NCBI GenBank assembly: GCA_016218495.1
Contig: JACRDU010000120.1
Location: forward strand, 13,578-77,577
DNA from: Elusimicrobiota bacterium
GTDB taxonomy: Bacteria; Elusimicrobiota; Elusimicrobia; UBA1565
Direction: 5' to 3'
Length of the DNA stretch: 64,000 nucleotides
Made by a program: the position numbers and the translations under genes. How positions within the stretch are numbered: position 1 is the first letter of the stretch; each line of letters opens with the position of its first letter. Below are positions 21,666-30,595 of this stretch, in pieces. The notes beneath the pieces are model-generated. The model made no database searches and was not told the origin of the DNA. It worked only from the letters and a program-made list of their open reading frames with translations.

Positions 21666-22374
21666 CCCCTCCGCCATCCTGCTCTGCGCGGCCACCCCCT
21701 GGGAGGCGCGCCCCATCGCCCGCGCGCTGGGCCTGCTCGCCGAACGGCCGGCGCTGTGGACCGGGACGGTGGGCGTGCGCCGCGCGGCCCTGCTCGAGAC
21801 CGGCATCGGAGCGGCGGCCGCCAAGACCGCCCTGGAACGGGCCTACGGCCTGGCGAACGGCTCGACGCCGGCCCTGGTCCTTTCCACGGGGCTCTGCGGG
21901 GCGCTGCAGCCCGGACTGCGGACCGGGGACATCGTGATGGACCTGCACGGAGCGCCGCTGGACCTGGCGCGCCGCGCGCTGGGGGCCGCGGAGCGCGGCG
22001 GGGTGCGCCTGCACGTCGGCTCCTTCGCCCACGCCGACCGCGTCCTGTCTCCGGCGGACAAGCGCGCCCTGGGGCTGCGCACCCGGGCGGCCGCCGTCGA
22101 CATGGAGAGCGCCGCCATCCGTTCCTGGGCCGAAACGCGGGGCTCCGGCTTCCTGACCGCCCGCGCCGTCCTCGATGCGCTGGAGCAGACCGCCCCCTCC
22201 TCGGCTCCCGACGGGGAGGACCTCCGGGACATCCTGAGCTTCCTGTGGCGTCACGCCGGGGAGGTCCCCGCGCTCGTGGCGGCCGGCCTGGGAGCGCGCC
22301 GGGCGATGGACGCGCTGGGCCGATTCTTGGCAGAATACCTGGGTGACGACGCCGCGGATGCCTCCCCGGCTTGA
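21658..22374 (+). CDS. hpnG: hopanoid-associated phosphorylase/nucleosidase HpnG (PNP/MTA nucleosidase family)
   Basis: GTG start overlapping the hpnA end. 238 aa. Sits between hpnA and a polyprenyl synthase in a hopanoid context. Confidence 0.65.
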   Translation: MPDPSAILLCAATPWEARPIARALGLLAERPALWTGTVGVRRAALLETGIGAAAAKTALERAYGLANGSTPALVLSTGLCGALQPGLRTGDIVMDLHGAPLDLARRALGAAERGGVRLHVGSFAHADRVLSPADKRALGLRTRAAAVDMESAAIRSWAETRGSGFLTARAVLDALEQTAPSSAPDGEDLRDILSFLWRHAGEVPALVAAGLGARRAMDALGRFLAEYLGDDAADASPA

Positions 22375-23305
22375 GCGCTCCCTCTCCACGGCCGGACGGC
22401 TCGTGGAGGCGCGGCTGCGCGCCATCATCCTGCGCGGCGGGCGCGCCGCTATCCCCTTCCTCGCCCCGGCCCCGGAGACGCTGCGCAAGTCCATGCTCTA
22501 CTCCCTGATGGCCGGGGGCAAGCGCCTGCGCCCCGCCCTGGTCATCGAGGCCGCGGCCTGCTGCGGCCTCCCGGCCCGCAAGGTCCTGGACGCCGCCTGC
22601 GCCATGGAGATGATCCACACCTATTCGCTCATCCACGACGACCTCCCGTCCATGGACGACGACGACCTGCGGCGCGGCAAGCCCACCAACCACAAGGTCT
22701 TCGGAGAAGCCGCCGCCATCCTGGCCGGGGACGCCCTGCTGACCCTGGCCTTCGAGGCGGCGGCCGGCAACGCCGCCGCGCTGCGCCTGCCGGGGGACGC
22801 GGCCGCCGAGCTCGTGCGCGTCATCGCCGCGGGCTCCGGCTGGCGCGGGATGGTCGGCGGCCAGATGGCCGACCTGGAAGCCGAGGGCCCCGCCCTGCGC
22901 CGCCTCGCCAACGGCGGCAGGACGCTGGCCCGGCGCCGCCTCGACTACGTCCACATCCACAAGACGGCCGCCCTCATCACCGCCAGCCTGGAAGCCGGAG
23001 CGGTCCTAGGGCGCGCCGGCGCCTCCCGGCGCGCGGCGCTGCGCGAGTACGGCCGCTGCGTCGGCCTGGCCTTCCAGATCGCCGACGACGTGCTCGACCG
23101 CGTCGGCGACAAGGCCAAGCTGGGCAAGAGCGGGTCCGACCTGGCCAACGACAAGCTGACCTACCCCCGCCTCTACGGCGTCGCGGCGTCCCGGGACAAG
23201 GCCCTATCTTTGGTCCGGGACGCCCATCAGGCCCTGCGCCCCTTCGGCGCGCGGGCCGCAGTCCTCCACGACCTGGCCGACGACGTCGTCTCCCGCGACC
23301 GCTAG
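22343..23305 (+). CDS. ispA: polyprenyl diphosphate synthase (FPP/GGPP synthase family)
   Basis: First DDxxD motif IHDDLPSMDDDDLRRG and second IADDVLD, plus GGKRLRP. An alternative start at the ATG at 22358 is possible. Confidence 0.85.
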   Translation: MTTPRMPPRLERSLSTAGRLVEARLRAIILRGGRAAIPFLAPAPETLRKSMLYSLMAGGKRLRPALVIEAAACCGLPARKVLDAACAMEMIHTYSLIHDDLPSMDDDDLRRGKPTNHKVFGEAAAILAGDALLTLAFEAAAGNAAALRLPGDAAAELVRVIAAGSGWRGMVGGQMADLEAEGPALRRLANGGRTLARRRLDYVHIHKTAALITASLEAGAVLGRAGASRRAALREYGRCVGLAFQIADDVLDRVGDKAKLGKSGSDLANDKLTYPRLYGVAASRDKALSLVRDAHQALRPFGARAAVLHDLADDVVSRDR

Positions 23306-23334
23306 ACCCGGGCGCGCCCTCCCCGCGGGAGGCA

Positions 23335-23340
23335 TTTGCT
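23335..23340 (+). promoter_or_regulatory. TATAAT -10 box in the ispA-dxs intergenic region, preceded by a short GC hairpin (ccctcccCGCgggaggc)
   Basis: gcTATAATgcatgg, 64 nt upstream of the dxs ATG. Confidence 0.3.
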
Positions 23341-23403
23341 ATAATGCATGGATGTTTTTTGCGTCGGGGGAACCCCGTTCCCGAGCGCAGGAGAGCGGCC
23401 GAG

Positions 23404-25290
23404 ATGGAATACCTCAGCAAGATCGAATCCCCTAAGGACCTGAGGGCCCTGCCGCCCCAATCCCTGCCCGCCGTCGCCGCCGAGCTGCGCGCCTGGATCC
23501 TCGAGTGCGTGTCGCAGATCGGAGGCCATCTGGGCTCCTCGCTGGGCGCCGCCGAGATCACCACGGCCCTCCACTACGTCTTCGACACCCCGAAGGACAA
23601 GATCGTCTGGGACACCGGCCACCAGACCTACGGGCACAAGATCCTCACCGGCCGCCGCGAGGCCCTCAAGCGCATCCGGCAGCTCGACGGCATCTCGGGC
23701 TTCCTCAAGCGCGACGAATCCGAGTACGACGCCTTCGGCGCGGGGCACGCCTCCACGGCCATCTCCGCGGCCACCGGGATGGCGGCGGCCCGGGACTTCA
23801 AGCGGGAGAAATTCAAGGTCGTGGCCGTCGTATCGGACGGCTGCATCACCGGCGGGGAGTCCTACGAGGGCCTGACCAACGCCGGCCAGCTCCAGACCGA
23901 CATCATCGTCGTCCTCAACGACAACCAGATGTTCATCTCCAACAAGGTCGGGGCGATGAGCACGTTCCTGACCCGCCTGTTGACCCTCGGCGCCGTCCGC
24001 GACGCCGGGGCCGAGGTGAAGAAGTTCCTCGCCCGCTTCAAGTTCTGGGGGGCCGTCCTGACCCGGGTGGCCAAGCGCACCCGCGTCCTGCTCTTCCCGG
24101 GCATGCTGTTCGAGGAGATGGGCTTCCAATACTTCGGCCCGGTGGACGGCCACGACCTCCCCAACCTCGTGGAGGTCTTCCGCCACATCAAGAACCTGCA
24201 GGGCCCCGTCCTGGTCCACTGCGTCACCAAGAAGGGCAAGGGCTACGAGGCCGCCGAGCAAGACCCCCTCACCTGGCACGGCCCCGGGAAGTTCGACGTA
24301 AAGCAGGCCAAGATGCTCAAGGGCGACAAGCCGGCGGCGCCTTCCTACACCTCCGTCTTCGGAAAGACCCTGGTCAAGCTCGCCGAGGAGGACCCCCGCG
24401 TCGTGGCCATCTCCGCGGCGATGCCCGAGGGTACCGGCACGGACCTGTTTCGGGACCGCTTCCCCAAACGTTTCTTCGACGTCGGCCTGGCCGAGCCGCA
24501 CGCGGTGACCTTCGCCTGCGGGTTGGCCTGCGAGGGCTACCGGCCCGTCGTGGCCATCTACTCGTCCTTCCTGCAGCGCGCCTACGACCAGATCGAGCAC
24601 GATGTCTGCCTGCAGAAGCTCCCCGTCGTGCTGGCCATCGACCGGGGCGGGCTTGTCGGCTCCGACGGTCCCACCCACCACGGGGTCTTCGACTACTCCT
24701 TCCTGCGCATGATTCCGTACATGACGGTCATGGCCCCGGCCGACGAGAACGAGCTCCAGCACATGCTGAAGACGGCGCTGGCCATGAACGCCCCCGTCTC
24801 GCTGCGCTACCCCCGCGGCGAGGGCACGGGGGTGAAGCTGGACGCCGTGATGGAGACCATTCCCGTCGGCAAGGGCGTGCGCCTGCGCGACGGCCACGAC
24901 GTCACCCTGGCCGCCATCGGCAACCGCGTCGCCCCCGCGCTGGCCGCGGCGAAGCTCCTCGAGGCCTCCGGCATCTCCGCCGGCGTGCTCAACATGCGCT
25001 TCGTGAAGCCGATGGATCGCGACCTGCTCCTGCAGGCGCTCGAGAAGAGCGACCGCCTCGTCACCGTCGAAGACAACGTCATCCAGGGCGGCTTCGGCTC
25101 CGCGGTGCTCGAGGCCCTGGCCGACGCGCGGCGCCCGGCCCAGGTGCTGCGCCTGGGCATCCCGGACCAGTTCGTCCCCCATGGGACGATGGACCAGCTC
25201 TACGCCCAGCTCGGCCTGGACGCGCAGGGCATCGCGCGGCGCACGGCGGACTGGCTCGGGGCCAAGGTCCCGTCGGGCACGGCGGCCTAA
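23404..25290 (+). CDS. dxs: 1-deoxy-D-xylulose-5-phosphate synthase
   Basis: Start placed at MEYLSKIESPKDLR with an AGGAGAG RBS. TPP-binding GDG...NDN motif and GHxSTS motif present. Confidence 0.9.
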   Translation: MEYLSKIESPKDLRALPPQSLPAVAAELRAWILECVSQIGGHLGSSLGAAEITTALHYVFDTPKDKIVWDTGHQTYGHKILTGRREALKRIRQLDGISGFLKRDESEYDAFGAGHASTAISAATGMAAARDFKREKFKVVAVVSDGCITGGESYEGLTNAGQLQTDIIVVLNDNQMFISNKVGAMSTFLTRLLTLGAVRDAGAEVKKFLARFKFWGAVLTRVAKRTRVLLFPGMLFEEMGFQYFGPVDGHDLPNLVEVFRHIKNLQGPVLVHCVTKKGKGYEAAEQDPLTWHGPGKFDVKQAKMLKGDKPAAPSYTSVFGKTLVKLAEEDPRVVAISAAMPEGTGTDLFRDRFPKRFFDVGLAEPHAVTFACGLACEGYRPVVAIYSSFLQRAYDQIEHDVCLQKLPVVLAIDRGGLVGSDGPTHHGVFDYSFLRMIPYMTVMAPADENELQHMLKTALAMNAPVSLRYPRGEGTGVKLDAVMETIPVGKGVRLRDGHDVTLAAIGNRVAPALAAAKLLEASGISAGVLNMRFVKPMDRDLLLQALEKSDRLVTVEDNVIQGGFGSAVLEALADARRPAQVLRLGIPDQFVPHGTMDQLYAQLGLDAQGIARRTADWLGAKVPSGTAA

Positions 25291-25291
25291 G

Positions 25292-26278
25292 ATGGAAAGC
25301 CCCCTGCTCCCCGGCGCCGCCGTCGACACCCTCGTCCTCGCCAAGCTGCGCGGCTTCTGCGCCGGCGTGGTGCGCGCCATCGACGTGGTCGAGAAGGCGC
25401 TCGCCGTCTGCGGCAAGCCCGTCTACGTCAACCACGAGATCATCCACAACCGCTACGTCGTCGACGAGCTGCGCGAGAAGGGCGCGGTCACCGTGGAGAA
25501 CCTCTCCGAGGTCCCCGAGGGCGCCTGGCTCATCTTCTCTGCCCACGGCGTCGGCCCGGCCGTCGTCGAGGAGGCCCGGCGCCGGAAGCTCAAGGTGATC
25601 GACGCCACCTGCCCCTTGGTCACCAAGGTCCACCTCGAGGCGATCAAATACGCCAAGGAGGGCTACTCCATCATCCTCATCGGCCACGACGACCATATCG
25701 AGACCATCGGCACGATGGGCGAGGCCCCCGAGCACATCCAGGTCGTCGGGACCCCCTTCGAAGCCGCGGCGGTCCAGGTCCCCGACCCGGCGAAGGTAGC
25801 CTACCTGACCCAGACCACGCTCTCCCTGGACGACGCCCACGAGATCGTGGCCGTCCTCAAGCAGCGCTTCCCGAAGCTCCACTGTCCGCCGAAGGACGAC
25901 ATCTGCTACGCCACGACGAACCGCCAGAACGCGGTCCGGGCGCTGGCGCCCAAGGTCGACCTGCTGCTCGTCCTGGGCTCTCCCAACAGCTCCAACTCCA
26001 TGCGCCTGCGCGAGGTCGCCGAGGCCCGCGGACGCAGGGCCTACCTGATCGAACGCGCCTCCGACATCCGCCCCGAATGGCTGGCCGGGGTGAAGACCCT
26101 GGGCCTCACCGCCTCGGCCTCCGCGCCCGAGATCCTCGTGCAGGAGGTCATCGACTTCTGCCGCACCCGCCTGGGCGTCAAGCGCGTGGTCGAGGACCCG
26201 ACCGTGGAGGAGGACGTCCACTTCTCCCTGCCCTACGAGCTCGAGAAGCTGCTCCGGGAGAAGAAGGCGGTGGCCTGA
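25292..26278 (+). CDS. ispH: 4-hydroxy-3-methylbut-2-enyl diphosphate reductase
   Basis: 328 aa starting 2 nt after the dxs stop. Conserved Cys ligands (FCAGV, ATCPLV, CYAT), SAHGV and SSNS motifs. Confidence 0.9.
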   Translation: MESPLLPGAAVDTLVLAKLRGFCAGVVRAIDVVEKALAVCGKPVYVNHEIIHNRYVVDELREKGAVTVENLSEVPEGAWLIFSAHGVGPAVVEEARRRKLKVIDATCPLVTKVHLEAIKYAKEGYSIILIGHDDHIETIGTMGEAPEHIQVVGTPFEAAAVQVPDPAKVAYLTQTTLSLDDAHEIVAVLKQRFPKLHCPPKDDICYATTNRQNAVRALAPKVDLLLVLGSPNSSNSMRLREVAEARGRRAYLIERASDIRPEWLAGVKTLGLTASASAPEILVQEVIDFCRTRLGVKRVVEDPTVEEDVHFSLPYELEKLLREKKAVA

Positions 26279-26279
26279 C

Positions 26280-26474
26280 ATGCTTCCCGGCCGCTGGCTC
26301 TCCCCGCGCCACGCCGCCCGCGACGGCTTCGAGCGGGATTTCCCCAAGGTGGAGTTGGGCACCTTGGAGGTCTATTGTCCCGGATGCCGGAGCGTGCTGC
26401 GGCTCTCGCGCAGGAACCCCTCCGGGAAAGCCGCGGGCTGGTGCAACACTTGCGCCAGAGGCGTCTGCTCCTGA
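26280..26474 (+). CDS. small 4-Cys zinc-ribbon protein (hypothetical)
   Basis: 64-aa ORF starting 2 nt after the ispH stop. CPGC...CNTC pairs. Confidence 0.35.
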   Translation: MLPGRWLSPRHAARDGFERDFPKVELGTLEVYCPGCRSVLRLSRRNPSGKAAGWCNTCARGVCS

Positions 26475-26523
26475 CGCGATTTTCGTTTACCACGCCTACC
26501 TGATTTATTAGAATCCCCACGTC

Positions 26524-27000
26524 ATGCTGACCGCGTTCGCGCTCTGCGGAGGGCTTGCCGTCCTCTTCGCGGCTGCGGCCCTGATACAGAAGACCTTATA
26601 CGGCTCCGCTATGTGCCTGATGGGGGTCCTGCTGGAAGTGGCGGCCCTCTTCGTCCTGGTCGGCGCCGACCTGATGGGCTTCATCCAAGTGCTCGTGTAC
26701 GCCGGAGCCGTCATGGTCCTCATCGTCATCGCCATACTCTCGGCCCCCCCGAACATCGCCCAGCGCTGGACCGCGTCGGCGTTCCCCAAGCCGGCGGCCT
26801 GGCTGGTCCCGCTGGCCGTCTTCGCCGGGCTGGCGTCGGCGGGCCGCATGGGCGGCCTGGAGGCCGCCCTCCCGCAGGCCGGCGCGCACCTTCAGCGCGA
26901 GATGGCCGGGCTCCTCTTCGGGCCGTGGGCCCTGGCCGTCGAGGCCGTCGGCCTGCTCGTCCTCATCGCCTCCCTGGCCGTCGTCCGGGAGGACGCGTGA
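26524..27000 (+). CDS. nuoJ: NADH-quinone oxidoreductase subunit J
   Basis: 158-aa hydrophobic ND6-like protein. First gene of the nuo block. Confidence 0.8.
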   Translation: MLTAFALCGGLAVLFAAAALIQKTLYGSAMCLMGVLLEVAALFVLVGADLMGFIQVLVYAGAVMVLIVIAILSAPPNIAQRWTASAFPKPAAWLVPLAVFAGLASAGRMGGLEAALPQAGAHLQREMAGLLFGPWALAVEAVGLLVLIASLAVVREDA

Positions 27001-27302
27001 ACGCCGAGCTCGTCGCCTGGGCCGCGGCGTCGGCCCTCTTCTCCATCGGGACGGCCTTCCTCCTGCTGCGCCGCCAGCTCGTCGCGATGGTCGTGGGCAT
27101 CGAGCTCATGGTCAACGCGGCGAACATCCTCATCGTGTTCCATGCCGTACGCCGCGCCGACCCGCAGGGCCTGGCCGTCGCCCTTTTGGCCCTGGCCGCG
27201 GCCGCGGCCGAGGTCGTCGTAGGCTTCGCCCTGATCCTCTCGATGCGCAACGACGAGAACGAAGCGCCCGAAAGCTCTCACCTCCGGGAGCTCTCCGGAT
27301 GA
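26997..27302 (+). CDS. nuoK: NADH-quinone oxidoreductase subunit K
   Basis: GTGA overlap with nuoJ. 101 aa with three TM helices, ND4L-like. Confidence 0.8.
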   Translation: MNAELVAWAAASALFSIGTAFLLLRRQLVAMVVGIELMVNAANILIVFHAVRRADPQGLAVALLALAAAAAEVVVGFALILSMRNDENEAPESSHLRELSG

Positions 27303-29152
27303 GCCCGCTCCCCGCCGCGGCCCTGGTCCTCCTCGCCGCTCCGCTGGCCGCGCTGGCCTTCGGATTCTTCGTCACGCACCGGGTGCGGCCGAGGACGACC
27401 CATCTCCCCATCCTGGCCTCCTGCGCGGCCGTCGCCGCGGCCTCGCTGGCCCTGCTCGGGGGCGCGCTCGGCGGCGCTTCCTGGTCCGGGCGCCTCTTCA
27501 CTTGGATCTCCGCGGCCGGAGTGCAGGTGCATTTCGGCCTGCTCCTCGACCCCCTGTCGGTGTCCGTGCTCTCCATGGTCGCCGTCGTCGGCTTCCTCAT
27601 CCACATATACGCCGTCGGCTACATGCGGCACGATGCGGCCTTCTCGCGCTTCTTCCTCTATTTCCACCTCTTCTTCTTCGCGATGGTCGGCCTGCTCACC
27701 TCGGACAACTACCTGCAGCTCTACCTCTTCTGGGAAGGCGTCGGCCTGGCCTCGTTCCTGCTGATCGGCTTCTGGCAGCACAAGCCGACCGCGCGGGCCG
27801 CCGCATGGAAGGCCTTCCTCACGAACCGGGTCGGCGACGTCGGGTTCCTGCTCGCCATCCTGCTGCTCTTCCGCTGGACCGGGACGGTGGCCTTCGCCGA
27901 CCTCTTCTCGAACCCCTCCTTGCTTTCCTCCCAGAAGGCCTTCATCGTCGGCTTCCTCCTGTTCTGGGGCGCCTGCGCCAAGTCGGCGCAGTTCCCCCTC
28001 TATGTCTGGCTGCCCGACGCCATGGAGGGCCCCACCCCGGTCTCGGCGCTGATGCACGCCGCGACGATGGTCACCGCGGGGGTCTTCCTGCTCGCGCGCT
28101 CCTATCCCCTGCTCGAGCGGGCCCCCGGCCTCCTGCCGTTCATCGCCCTGGTCGGGGCTTTCACCGCCGTCTGGGGGGCCGTCGGCGCGTTCTTCCGCAA
28201 GGACATCAAGCGCATCCTGGCTTATTCCACCGTCAGCCATCTCGGCCTGATGACCTTGGGGCGGGGGGGGGGGGGGGTCTTCCCCGCCGTCTTCCACCTC
28301 ATCGTCCACGGCTTCTTCAAAGCCGCGCTCTTCCTCTGCGCCGGCAACGTCATCCACGGCCTCCACGACTCCCTGGGCGGGGCGCCGACCGCCACCGTCG
28401 ACGACGCCGGCGGCCTCCGGGCCTCCATGCCGATGACCTTCGCGGCGTTCACGTTGGGCGCCGTCTCCTTGGCCGGGGTCCCGCCCTTCGGCGGCTTCTG
28501 GTCCAAGGAATTCGTCCTGGCCGGGGCTTTCGGGACTCCCGCCTTGGCGGCTCTGGGCCTGCTCACCGCGCTGGGCTCGAGCCTCTACATCGGGCGGATG
28601 CTCTTCCTGACCTTCCTGGGACGGCGCTCCTGGCAGAAGGGCCACGCGGCCCATGCGCACGAAGCCCCCCCCGTCATGTGGGTCCCCGTCCTGCTGCTCT
28701 CTCTGGGCGGGGCCCTGGCCGGGTTCCTGGCCGCGCCGCTGGCCCGCCTGCTCGGGGTCGAACCCCATCACGCCTCGCACACCGTGACGGCCCTCTCGAT
28801 CGCGTCGATGGCCGCCGGCTTCGGCCTGGCCTGGGCCGCGGCCGACCTGGCTCCCGGCGGGGAGCCCGCCTGGCGCTCCCGGCATCCCGCCCTGCTCGAG
28901 GCCGTCGAATCCGACTTCGGCTGGCAGCCCTTCTGCGACCGGGCCGCGGGGGCCGTGGCCGGCGCCGCCCGCTTCCTCGGGGACATCGTCGAAGGGAGCA
29001 TCTGGGACCCGGGGACCGAGGACGCCGCGGCCGCCTTCCCGGCCCTGTCCGAGGTGCTCGGCCGCCGCGCGCGCGGCATCCTCAACGACTATGCCCTGCT
29101 GATGACGGCCGGCGCGGCCGGGCTGGCGATCCTGGTGAGCCTATGCTTCTGA
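27299..29152 (+). CDS. nuoL: NADH-quinone oxidoreductase subunit L
   Basis: 617 aa. Antiporter-like motifs (WLPDAMEGPTPVSALMHAATMV, ILAYSTVSHLG). Contains an in-frame G15 tract. Confidence 0.9.
   Translation: MSPLPAAALVLLAAPLAALAFGFFVTHRVRPRTTHLPILASCAAVAAASLALLGGALGGASWSGRLFTWISAAGVQVHFGLLLDPLSVSVLSMVAVVGFLIHIYAVGYMRHDAAFSRFFLYFHLFFFAMVGLLTSDNYLQLYLFWEGVGLASFLLIGFWQHKPTARAAAWKAFLTNRVGDVGFLLAILLLFRWTGTVAFADLFSNPSLLSSQKAFIVGFLLFWGACAKSAQFPLYVWLPDAMEGPTPVSALMHAATMVTAGVFLLARSYPLLERAPGLLPFIALVGAFTAVWGAVGAFFRKDIKRILAYSTVSHLGLMTLGRGGGGVFPAVFHLIVHGFFKAALFLCAGNVIHGLHDSLGGAPTATVDDAGGLRASMPMTFAAFTLGAVSLAGVPPFGGFWSKEFVLAGAFGTPALAALGLLTALGSSLYIGRMLFLTFLGRRSWQKGHAAHAHEAPPVMWVPVLLLSLGGALAGFLAAPLARLLGVEPHHASHTVTALSIASMAAGFGLAWAAADLAPGGEPAWRSRHPALLEAVESDFGWQPFCDRAAGAVAGAARFLGDIVEGSIWDPGTEDAAAAFPALSEVLGRRARGILNDYALLMTAGAAGLAILVSLCF
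28263..28277 (+). repeat. G15 homopolymer tract inside nuoL
   Basis: gcgggggggggggggggggtc. Encodes GRGGGGV in frame within a region that aligns to a Gly-poor loop in characterised NuoL proteins. Confidence 0.8.
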
Positions 29153-30594
29153 CCGGGCTCTGGGCCCTCCCGATGCTGACCGCGCCCCTGGTCTGGGCCG
29201 CGCCCTCGCGCCGGGCCGCCCGCCTACTGGCCCTGGCCGCCTCGTCGGCCGTCCTCCTCTATTCCATCTGGCTGTGGGGGCCGTTCTCCGCCGAGGAAGG
29301 CCTCCTGCGCCTGCATGAGTCCGGCGCCCCGGGCGCCTACGGGCTCCGCTACCACCTCGCCGTCGACGGGGTATCGCTGTCGTTGTGCTGGCTGACCGCC
29401 TTCCTGAGCCTGGTCTCCATCGTCGCGACCTGGAGCGACGAGCGCCCCAACGCCTATTGGGCGGCCTTCCTCGCGCTCGAGGCGGCCTTGATGGGCGTCT
29501 TCCTCATGCAGAACCTGTTCTGGTTCTACGTCTTCTGGGACGCGGCGCTCATCCCGATGTTCTTCATCATCGGCCTCTGGGGGTCCGGCAACAGGCGCCG
29601 CGCCGCCTTCAAGTTCATCCTGTACACCTTCGTCGGCGGGCTGACCCTGCTGCTCGGGCTGGTCGGGCTGGTCGCGCTCCATCATCAGGCGACCGGGGCC
29701 TGGACCTGGGAGATCCCCGAACTGACGCGCGCCACCGCCTCCGGGCCCTGGGCGCCGTACGTCTTCCTCGCCATCGCCGCGGGGTTCGCCGTGAAGGTCC
29801 CCGTCTTCCCGCTCCACAACTGGCTCCCCGACGCCCATACCGAGGCCCCCGCCGCCGGCTCCGTCATGCTGGCCGGAGCGATGCTGAAGATGGGCGTCTA
29901 CGGCCTCATGCGCATCCTGGTCCCTGCCTTCCCCGCCCTGTCGGCGGCCGCCCTGCCCTGGGCCGCGGGGCTGGGGGTGGCCAGCATCCTCTACGGCGCG
30001 CTGTGCGCGATGGCCCAGAAGGACCTCAAGCGCCTGATCGCCTTCACCAGCGTCAGCCACATGGGCTTCTGCATCGTCGGGATCTTCTCCTTGACGCCGG
30101 AGGGCCTGTCGGGAGCCGCCCTGCAGATGATCAACCACGGGCTGTCCACCGGCGGCCTGTTCCTCCTGGTCGGGTTCCTCTATGAGAGGGCCCACGCCCG
30201 CGGCCTCGACGACTTCGGGGGCTTGGCGCAGTCCGCGCCCTGGTTCGCCTTCTTCTTCGCCTTCGTGATGCTCTCGTCGATCGGCCTGCCCGGGCTCAAC
30301 GGCTTCGTCGGCGAAGCCCTCTCCCTCTACGGCCTGCTGCGCGCCTCGCCGCCGCTGGCCGCCGCGGCGTCTTTGGGCGCCGTCCTGGCCGCGGCCTACG
30401 GGCTTCCCTCCTTCCAGCGCGTCTTCTGGGCCCCGCCCGGGCCGGCATCGCGCTCGCCTTTGGTGCGCGACCTGACCTTCCGTGAGCAGGCCGTCCTCTG
30501 GACCCTGGCCGTCCCCATCGTCGGCCTCGGCCTGTTCCCGAAGCCCCTCCTCGACCTCGTGGCCCCGGCGGTCCAGAGCCTCGCCCAAAGATGA
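29143..30594 (+). CDS. nuoM: NADH-quinone oxidoreductase subunit M
   Basis: Start placed at MLLTGLWALPML. 483 aa. HNWLPDAH motif. Confidence 0.88.
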   Translation: MLLTGLWALPMLTAPLVWAAPSRRAARLLALAASSAVLLYSIWLWGPFSAEEGLLRLHESGAPGAYGLRYHLAVDGVSLSLCWLTAFLSLVSIVATWSDERPNAYWAAFLALEAALMGVFLMQNLFWFYVFWDAALIPMFFIIGLWGSGNRRRAAFKFILYTFVGGLTLLLGLVGLVALHHQATGAWTWEIPELTRATASGPWAPYVFLAIAAGFAVKVPVFPLHNWLPDAHTEAPAAGSVMLAGAMLKMGVYGLMRILVPAFPALSAAALPWAAGLGVASILYGALCAMAQKDLKRLIAFTSVSHMGFCIVGIFSLTPEGLSGAALQMINHGLSTGGLFLLVGFLYERAHARGLDDFGGLAQSAPWFAFFFAFVMLSSIGLPGLNGFVGEALSLYGLLRASPPLAAAASLGAVLAAAYGLPSFQRVFWAPPGPASRSPLVRDLTFREQAVLWTLAVPIVGLGLFPKPLLDLVAPAVQSLAQR

Positions 30595-30595
30595 C

